Part shown: positions 58,020 to 64,000 of the stretch, one piece after another | Layout: each line of letters begins with the position of its first letter | Position numbering within the stretch: position 1 is the first letter of the stretch | Assembly: GCA_964495875.1 (NCBI GenBank) | Contig: CAZBWB010000001.1 | Span: 78,483 to 142,482, forward strand | DNA length: 64,000 nucleotides | Source of the DNA: Candidatus Woesearchaeota archaeon | Lineage (GTDB): Archaea > Nanobdellota > Nanobdellia > Pacearchaeales > GW2011-AR1 | Direction: 5' to 3' | Made by a program: the position numbers and the translations under genes | Notes under the pieces: generated by a model | What the model saw: the letters and a program-made list of their open reading frames with translations, nothing else | Database searches by the model: none | What the model was told of the DNA's origin: nothing

Positions 58020-59195
58020 TTAACTTTGCCTACAACGTTAACAACGTAGGCAGTCTTTATAAATTTATCTATTTCAGCAGGCAAATAGAAAGTTTCAAAA
58101 AGAATTACAAATAATATATTTATGTTTATCTGCTGACAAATGCAGATAAATACAATGGTCTTCGACCATTGTTAGCCCAATTAAATGTGGCAGGGGTACT
58201 GAAAAGAGGTTTAATCCCTGCCCACCAATTTAAAATGGAAATACAACAAAACCCGTACCACTTAGAAACAGAAAAGCAAGATTTGACAATAATCTTAAAT
58301 GAATTTATAGATAGTATAGATTTCGAGCAGAAACAACTCTGCGGACGACCAAGAACAGATTTCAGGGATATATTAAAATGTCTACTGATAACTTCTTATT
58401 ATGGATTTTCATACAGGCGGGCTAACTCAGATATTGCTGAAATGTTTTATAAAGGATATATTAAAAGTATCCCAAAACGAAGCACATTATGCAAGTATAT
58501 GCTTGATCCAGAAACAAAAGCAATATTATTGAGACTAATTCCTTTGTCTGCAAGAACTTTCATTGACATGGAAGATATGGTAATTATCGACAGCACTTGG
58601 TTTGGTTATCGTTTTCCTATTTCTCCCCTTCATAAAAACAACAATAAAATTTTGAAATATAATGATAAAAGTCCGCTGGACAAAACACGAAAACTTCATA
58701 TTTTATGTTTTTTGAAATCTCAGATAATAATCTGTGCGAGGGTTTCGGCTGGGTCTGAACATGATTCCAAATTTTTTAAGGAAATGTTAAAGGAAGCTAT
58801 AGATAATGGATTTAAGATAAAATGCTTACTGGGAGATGCAGGATATACTGGAAGGGAAAATTATGCTTTATGCGAAGAATATGGAATAAAAGATGTATTT
58901 ATTAATTTCAAAAAAAACTCAACAGAAAAAAGACCTAAAAGTAATTTATGGAAACCAAAATTAAAATTATACAGAGAGCATCCTGAAATTTGGCATGAAA
59001 AATATCGATTTAGAGTAATAGTTGAAAATTTATTTTCTTTAATGAAACGAAAAGGGAAAAATTATATCCGATGCAGAAAATCAAATTCCCAAGATGTTGA
59101 ACTTCTTTTGAAAGCTTTATGGCACAATTTAACTATCATATCAAAATTTATGGACAATTTGTGAATAGAAAAGAGATTTTGGGACTGTGCCTTAA
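58020..59195 (+). mobile_element. insertion-sequence-like element carrying one DDE transposase gene; boundaries approximate
   Basis: Transposase ORF plus flanking non-coding segments, wedged between a small-regulator cluster and kae1. The left flank has hairpins ttatctgc-tgacaaa-gcagataa and gtggcaggg...ccctgcccac. Clear terminal inverted repeats could not be fixed by eye. Confidence 0.45.
58169..59164 (+). CDS. DDE-type transposase (IS4/IS5-like superfamily)
   Basis: IDSTW (first D region). KCLLGDAGYTGREN (second D, with GY). A C-terminal E...K/R region (ENLFSLMKRKGKNYIR). 331 aa. The start may instead be the internal Met at 58235. Confidence 0.65.
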   Translation: MLAQLNVAGVLKRGLIPAHQFKMEIQQNPYHLETEKQDLTIILNEFIDSIDFEQKQLCGRPRTDFRDILKCLLITSYYGFSYRRANSDIAEMFYKGYIKSIPKRSTLCKYMLDPETKAILLRLIPLSARTFIDMEDMVIIDSTWFGYRFPISPLHKNNNKILKYNDKSPLDKTRKLHILCFLKSQIIICARVSAGSEHDSKFFKEMLKEAIDNGFKIKCLLGDAGYTGRENYALCEEYGIKDVFINFKKNSTEKRPKSNLWKPKLKLYREHPEIWHEKYRFRVIVENLFSLMKRKGKNYIRCRKSNSQDVELLLKALWHNLTIISKFMDNL

Positions 59196-59199
59196 AACT

Positions 59200-60189
59200 T
59201 TATCTCCATAAAACACTCATATCATCAGTTCTTTGGCGTGGTTTGATGTCAATTTTATCTGCATCTTTTTCTCTAACTCCTGCATTAAACATGATTTCTC
59301 CTGTGAATGCAATCATTGCACCATTGTCAACTAACAGAGAATTTTCAGGACAAAAAAATTTCGCTCCTCTCTCTTTGCACATTATCCTGCACATCTCTTG
59401 TAATCTTGAATTGCAAGCCACTCCTCCCCCTAATAACAATTCATCTTTACCAACATGAGCCAAAGCTCTTTCACCTGCCTCTACCAGCATGGCAAAAACT
59501 GTCTCCTGCAGAGAAAAAGCTAAATCTTTTAATTCATATTTTTTGCTTTCTAACTTGTTTCTTAGATTTGTGAGAATGCCAGAAAAAGCTACATCCATTC
59601 CTTTAATTGAATAGGGAAGTTCAATATAACATTTTCCTTGTTGTGCAAGTTTTTGAATAACCGGACCTCCGGGAAAACCAATTCCGGCAAACCTTGCAAA
59701 ATTATCAATAAAATTTCCTGCCCCTATATCTAAAGTCTCTCCAAAAATTCTGTATTTTCCAGAAGCATAACTTATTATTTGGGTATTTGCTCCTGAAACA
59801 TAGAGCATAACAGGATTTTTTGCAGCCTGTTCTAATGAACCACCAATTTCCAAATGAGCAATGCAATGATTGACGGGGATGACTGGTTTTTTGAGTTTCT
59901 TAGAAAGTTCCTTAGCAAATTTCAAGCCTTCAATCAGGCAAGGAGCTAATCCAGGTCCCTGAGAAAATGCAATTGCATCAATATCTTGTTCCTTAATGCC
60001 GGCAGAATCTAATGCCTCAAAATAAATTTCATTTTTATTGTTAAAATGATGTTTTGCTGCTTCTAGGGGTATTATTCCTCCTTTTTCTGTTGTATAACTC
60101 TTTTTTACATTTGCTAAAATCTTTCCTTCATTAACAATTCCCACTCCAAAAGTATGTGCAGTAGACTCAATTCCTAAAATTATTGCCAT
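59200..60189 (-). CDS. kae1: tRNA N6-adenosine threonylcarbamoyltransferase Kae1 (KEOPS catalytic subunit), not fused to Bud32
   Basis: MAIILGIESTAHTFGVGIV is the ASKHA N-terminus. HCIAHLEIG is the HxxH metal site. GGGVACNSRL. 329 aa. Confidence 0.9.
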   Translation of the reverse strand: MAIILGIESTAHTFGVGIVNEGKILANVKKSYTTEKGGIIPLEAAKHHFNNKNEIYFEALDSAGIKEQDIDAIAFSQGPGLAPCLIEGLKFAKELSKKLKKPVIPVNHCIAHLEIGGSLEQAAKNPVMLYVSGANTQIISYASGKYRIFGETLDIGAGNFIDNFARFAGIGFPGGPVIQKLAQQGKCYIELPYSIKGMDVAFSGILTNLRNKLESKKYELKDLAFSLQETVFAMLVEAGERALAHVGKDELLLGGGVACNSRLQEMCRIMCKERGAKFFCPENSLLVDNGAMIAFTGEIMFNAGVREKDADKIDIKPRQRTDDMSVLWR

Positions 60190-60315
60190 ACACTTTCAAA
60201 CAAATATATATTTATAAAATTATAAGAAACACAATACACCACCAAACTTAAAATTCAAATTTTTTAAAATGCCGATTAATTGAAAATTAATAAATAAAAA
60301 ATAAAAATTATTTAA

Positions 60316-60489
60316 TTATCTTCTTTTTTTCTTTTTAGTCTTTTTTTTAGCCTTTTTCTTTGCCATTTTCTTCTTTTTTCTCTTTCCGCCACGAGACATT
60401 CTTGCTTCGCAGACATTTCCGCTGCCATCCACATAATAAAGATAACCAGGTTTTCTTTTCACAACATTTCTCTTGACAACTTTACCCAT
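60316..60489 (-). CDS. small highly basic protein (57 aa), absent from the ORF track
   Basis: Minus-strand ORF MGKVVKRNVVKRKPGYLYYVDGSGNVCEARMSRGGKRKKKKMAKKKAKKKTKKKKRR*. A poly-A/T coding tail. Possibly nucleic-acid binding. Confidence 0.35.
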   Translation of the reverse strand: MGKVVKRNVVKRKPGYLYYVDGSGNVCEARMSRGGKRKKKKMAKKKAKKKTKKKKRR

Positions 60490-60546
60490 TTTTTTACCTC
60501 CTTTTTTAATATGCTGAATAAAAATACATAATCTTTTTAAACTTTT

Positions 60547-60858
60547 CTAATCACCGTCGAGAAGTTCTATAATTTTCTGATATTTTCCATTCACAGGAAT
60601 TTCTAGGAGTTTATGAAAAGATTTTCTTGGAGTTATAAAACATTTAAACGGTCTGACTAATTTTTTCTCAATAATTTTATTTTCATCGTCGAGCCATAAA
60701 GCAATAAAAGGAAAGAAGACGAACCACGAATGTATCGCCATTTTAGTAGGTTTGCTAAAACTGAACAAAAGGGGTTTTGCTCTTTTTCTTGTTACAAACA
60801 TCAATCCTTTAATCTTTCCAAACCCATTACATTTTTTTACATCATTAACTTTCAGCAT
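60547..60858 (-). CDS. DUF192-like protein
   Basis: GFGKIKGLMFVTRKRAKPLLFSFSKPTKMAIHSWFVFFPFIALWLDDENKIIE fits the DUF192 (COG1430) pattern. Confidence 0.5.
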   Translation of the reverse strand: MLKVNDVKKCNGFGKIKGLMFVTRKRAKPLLFSFSKPTKMAIHSWFVFFPFIALWLDDENKIIEKKLVRPFKCFITPRKSFHKLLEIPVNGKYQKIIELLDGD

Positions 60859-61219
60859 GTTTTCTTTTATATTCTTTATAATATTTATTTACATTCCTTT
60901 CAGTTACAAAATTATGATGCTTAAAACCTCCACCAAAACATTTTGGAATGTGCATCAGTTCGTGTATTATGACTTTTATCCTCTCCTCTTCATTAAGTTT
61001 GCCAAATCTTTCTGATAAAAATTCCAAGGCATAAAATGCTTTTCTTCCGAGAGCTTTTTGCATCAGCTTTCCAAGAGCATGACAGCGGGCGATTGTCCTG
61101 CGGGAAGAAGTGCCGAAACTCCTGAAACATCTAACATTTTCAATATCAATATGGGGAAATAAAAATTTAGAAATCTCCTCTGCTTCAGACTGGATATCAG
61201 GTGCAAATTCATATTTCAT
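60845..61219 (-). CDS. putative small zinc metallopeptidase (HExxH; COG4900-like)
   Basis: IIHELMHIP is an HExxH motif in a ~120-aa protein. Confidence 0.45.
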   Translation of the reverse strand: MKYEFAPDIQSEAEEISKFLFPHIDIENVRCFRSFGTSSRRTIARCHALGKLMQKALGRKAFYALEFLSERFGKLNEEERIKVIIHELMHIPKCFGGGFKHHNFVTERNVNKYYKEYKRKHAES

Positions 61220-61220
61220 T

Positions 61221-61823
61221 TTATATCAATATTTTATTTAATTCTTTTTCTATTTTATCGGCATCTGCCTTATCACAAACTAATCCACAAATAACACATG
61301 TATATTTAGGAGCTTTTTTATTTTTATACCATAACAAATTCATATCAAATAAATCTTTACATAGTTTATTACAATCAACTCCAAGTGATTCTAAGCAATA
61401 TCTTCTCTTATCAGGATGCTTACATGGAAGATTCAATTTTAATTGACAGGGTTTACATAAATTACAAGAGCCTGTACTCAAAAAAATAGTATTAAATTTA
61501 CTTTCAAGGAGTATCATTAGTTTGATTATTTTTGATTTCATCACAACATTAGCAATTCTAATTTTATTATATTCTGTAGAGTCTACTTGATTTAATTCAG
61601 TTTTAAACAAAACAACATATAAACCATCTTTATTTCCAATTAATATCTTAAAATCAGGAGTAAGTGGAGGACAAGAGTATTTTTTCCCATAATTTTTACA
61701 TCCTTCCTTACACATATCACTAAAAAAATCTTTTTTCACACCAATATTCTTTTTGCTAATGAACTTATAAAAATATTCTATATCAAATTCATTGTTTTCT
61801 GTTTTTATTCTAAAAGACTGCAT
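61221..61823 (-). CDS. Cys-rich predicted metal-binding protein (DUF2284-like)
   Basis: Multiple CxxC/CxxxC clusters: CKEGCKNYGKKYSCPP, CNLCKPCQ, CVICGLVC. Confidence 0.4.
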   Translation of the reverse strand: MQSFRIKTENNEFDIEYFYKFISKKNIGVKKDFFSDMCKEGCKNYGKKYSCPPLTPDFKILIGNKDGLYVVLFKTELNQVDSTEYNKIRIANVVMKSKIIKLMILLESKFNTIFLSTGSCNLCKPCQLKLNLPCKHPDKRRYCLESLGVDCNKLCKDLFDMNLLWYKNKKAPKYTCVICGLVCDKADADKIEKELNKILI

Positions 61824-62034
61824 TATCCTGTCATAACAAATTTTATATATAAGTTTATCTATGTATCTTAATGCAAACTTTGGATAGAAAAATTAATAAG
61901 ACTAAACTAAGGATAGCCAGAATTACGTTGGACAGATTTAATAAAATGATGGAATTAATAGAAGAATATCCCAGCAAATTAATTGGAGACATCCCATATT
62001 CTCCTGCTTATGAAAGGCGTAAATACTATTAACT

Positions 62035-62244
62035 CTAATCTATTTCAATAATTTTTCTCTTAGATTTAAAGCCTGACTTAATCCTAACTTCTTTTTTAAA
62101 ATAATTTTTTAAGAATTTTAATAATTCTTTGTTAGCAGAATTATTTTCTGGTTTTTTCTTTAACCAAACTTCATAACTCCATTCATCTATTTTCTTAATC
62201 TTTTGTCTTGATGATGAAGGATGCACTTTAATTTTAATAATCAT
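62035..62244 (-). CDS. DUF167/YggU-like small protein
   Basis: IKIKVHPSSSRQKIK...LLKFLKNYFKKEVRIKSGFKSKRKIIEI matches the DUF167 pattern. Confidence 0.5.
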   Translation of the reverse strand: MIIKIKVHPSSSRQKIKKIDEWSYEVWLKKKPENNSANKELLKFLKNYFKKEVRIKSGFKSKRKIIEID

Positions 62245-62759
62245 CTTTTCTCAGGAGGTTTCCAAGGTCTGCCCAAGGCTTTGTAAATTTCTCTTTCTGT
62301 TTTTCCTGCAATTCTTCTCTTTCCTCTAAAAAGACCGTGATTATTCAATTTAAGTCCTTTTCTTTTTGCAACCATTCTTAATCCAATACCAGAACCAGGT
62401 TTACTTGAATATGCAAGCAAAGCAGCACCCCATTCTTCTGATATTGTATAATATAATTCGATTTTAATTCCTTCAACTCTCCAAGTAGATTCATGCTCCC
62501 CGCCTTGCACAAACTTTCCTTTTTTCTTCATAATTTCTGCGAGTTTTTCCTTATTTTTTGGAATCAGAACAATATCAATATCTCCTGGATTAGTTTCTTT
62601 TCTTCTTATACTCCCAACAACCTGAATTCTTCTACAATAAGGTCTCAGATATTTAACAATCTTATTTGCCAGATTCAGAACCTCTTTTCCTCTTTTCATA
62701 AATTTTAAAAGTAAAACAAACTTATAAAGGTTGTCAAAAGAGAATGGTAAAAATTTCAC
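62241..62759 (-). CDS. minimal family-X DNA polymerase (palm plus thumb only; about 150-172 aa); the likely start is the internal Met at 62699
   Basis: Palm VVGSIRRKETNPGDIDIVLIP (compare Pol beta GSFRRG...GDMDVLL). Thumb GSGIGLRMVAKRKGLKLNNHGLF. PolX C-terminus TEREIYKALGRPWKPPEKR (compare E.DIF..LG..Y.PPE.RE). It lacks the 8-kDa lyase and fingers domains. Confidence 0.6.
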   Translation of the reverse strand: MKFLPFSFDNLYKFVLLLKFMKRGKEVLNLANKIVKYLRPYCRRIQVVGSIRRKETNPGDIDIVLIPKNKEKLAEIMKKKGKFVQGGEHESTWRVEGIKIELYYTISEEWGAALLAYSSKPGSGIGLRMVAKRKGLKLNNHGLFRGKRRIAGKTEREIYKALGRPWKPPEKR

Positions 62760-63682
62760 CTATGCTTGCTAAACTAAGCCATGAAACATTTTCTGGAAAA
62801 GAATGGCTTTTTGAAAGAAAGCTTGACGGAGAGAGATGTATCACCATAAAAAATGGAAAAAAAATTTATCTTCGTTCAAGATATAACAAAAGAATAAATG
62901 TCAGCTATCCTGAAATTGAAGAAGCATTAAAAAAACAAAAAAGAGATTTTATCATTGACGGAGAAATTGTGGCATTTGAAAAAGGACTTACGAGTTTTTC
63001 TAAATTACAGCCAAGAATGCATCTAAAAAGCAGAGAAAAAGCAAAAGAAACAGGGATTAAAACATACTACTATGTCTTTGACATTCTTCAGTTAGAAGGA
63101 AAAGATGTGAAAAAACAAACATTAATTGAACGAAAAAAAATATTAAAAAGAGCTTTATCTTTTAATGAGAAAATAAGATTTCTCGAATATAAAAAAGAAA
63201 AAGGCAAGGAATATTATAAATCGGCCTGTAAAAAAGGATGGGAAGGGTTGATTGCAAAAAAAATAAATTCAAGATACAAAACCGGCTCTCGTTCTTCTGA
63301 CTGGATGAAATTAAAATGCGAAAATGAACAAGAATTTGTTATCGGAGGTTATACTGAACCCCACGGAAAAAGAAAAGGTTTTGGAGCACTATTATTAGGA
63401 TATTATAAAGGGAGAAAATTAAAATATGCTGGCGAGGTTGGCACAGGTCAGGGATTTACAGAGAGTTTTTTAAAAGAGTTTTCTAAAAGACTGCAGAAAG
63501 TAGAACAAAAAAAATCTCCGTTTAAAGAGATAATAAAGACAAAAAGTGTTCATTGGACAAAACCAAAAATAGCAGTGCAAATTGCATTTACAGAATGGAC
63601 AAAAGATGGAAAATTAAGACATCCAAGATTTCTCGGAATAAGAAGAGGAAAAAAGCCCAAAGAAGTTAAAAGAGAAAAATAA
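62744..63682 (+). CDS. compact ATP-dependent DNA ligase (LigD/LigC-like adenylation plus OB domains)
   Basis: Motif I ERKLDGER (KxDGxR). Motif IV FIIDGEIVAF. Motif V LIAKK. OB-domain region. 312 aa. The start is possibly MLAKLSH at 62762. Confidence 0.75.
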   Translation: MVKISPMLAKLSHETFSGKEWLFERKLDGERCITIKNGKKIYLRSRYNKRINVSYPEIEEALKKQKRDFIIDGEIVAFEKGLTSFSKLQPRMHLKSREKAKETGIKTYYYVFDILQLEGKDVKKQTLIERKKILKRALSFNEKIRFLEYKKEKGKEYYKSACKKGWEGLIAKKINSRYKTGSRSSDWMKLKCENEQEFVIGGYTEPHGKRKGFGALLLGYYKGRKLKYAGEVGTGQGFTESFLKEFSKRLQKVEQKKSPFKEIIKTKSVHWTKPKIAVQIAFTEWTKDGKLRHPRFLGIRRGKKPKEVKREK

Positions 63683-63700
63683 ATGGAAATCAAAAATTAA

Positions 63701-64000
63701 TTATCTGGTAATAATCTCAAGAGCATCCCTGTGTTTTAACTTGTAATTTTTCCCAAGAGCTTTTTTTGTTCTTGCATCAATTGCTTTAATAAAATTGTTT
63801 CCAAAATCAGTATGAAGGGTGTAAGCAAAATCCAGTGCAGTTGAATTTGGGGGGAGCAAAAAACAGTCAGGAAGAATCTTTCCCTTACTGTCAGCGAGTT
63901 TATGTGCTCCTGCAGGAAAAATTGCAATATATCCTAATAGATCAAAGACTGCATGATTTAAAATTTCCTGAACACCAGTTCCTGTTTCAAATTCATCCAA
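63701..64000 (-). CDS. C-terminal TGS domain of an Obg-family GTPase (DRG/Rbg1-like); the 5' part lies outside the window
   Basis: ALDFAYTLHTDFGNNFIKAIDARTKKALGKNYKLKHRDALEI matches the TGS domain of DRG-type GTPases. The ORF runs off the window end. Confidence 0.5.
   Translation of the reverse strand: MDEFETGTGVQEILNHAVFDLLGYIAIFPAGAHKLADSKGKILPDCFLLPPNSTALDFAYTLHTDFGNNFIKAIDARTKKALGKNYKLKHRDALEIITR

Noticed and set aside
58030-58060. gcctacaacgttaacaacgtaggc as an IS terminal inverted repeat
   Set aside because: It is only a short internal palindrome (acgtt-aac-aacgt) with no matching partner at the other end of the putative element.
1-64000. CRISPR array search
   Set aside because: No run of regularly spaced ~25-40-bp direct repeats with unique spacers was seen. 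The only repeats are tandem coding repeats, the gene 3'-end duplications and the 28-nt tRNA-associated repeat.
1-64000. rRNA genes
   Set aside because: No extended GC-rich stretch with rRNA-like conserved blocks. The GC-richer patches are short (under 250 nt).

Overview
The window is an AT-rich (about 30% GC), gene-dense archaeal chromosomal segment. The archaeal assignment rests on established family knowledge: a group II chaperonin (thermosome), aIF2-gamma, aIF5B, ribosomal proteins L10e, L35Ae, L7Ae, S28e, L24e, S6e and S10, Kae1, a seryl-tRNA synthetase, and tRNA-Tyr with a C1:G72 pair. I infer a small-genome, possibly DPANN-like archaeon from the many overlapping start/stop codons, numerous secreted Cys-rich surface proteins, intron-containing tRNAs and a truncated Dph2. 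Housekeeping content includes a gyrB...gyrA operon that carries four small co-directional inserted genes, an ABC exporter operon (CARDB surface protein, FtsX-type permease, ATPase), a Kef-type K+ antiporter, a thioredoxin-like/CcdA pair, an MFS transporter and a divergent mini-PolX/ATP-dependent DNA ligase pair. Accessory content includes two or three toxin-antitoxin-like pairs (RelE/ParE with an RHH antitoxin; DUF4258 with DUF2283, the DUF4258 ORF is absent from the ORF track; an AbrB-like gene), a standalone Cas4-like PD-(D/E)XK nuclease, a retropepsin-like protease cassette, three Pol-beta-superfamily nucleotidyltransferase paralogs, an IS-type DDE transposase, and large repeat-containing adhesins. 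RNA features are four tRNAs (Val, Gly, Tyr, Asp; Gly and Asp carry long introns), a twin UUCG hairpin element after rps10, and a GC-enriched structured intergenic region that is probably an ncRNA. DNA-level oddities include duplicated gene 3' ends downstream of two genes, a duplicated tRNA 3' end plus flank, and an apparent +1 frameshift at the rpl24e start. No CRISPR array or rRNA was found. All functional calls are motif-level readings of the translated ORFs and are unverified by search.
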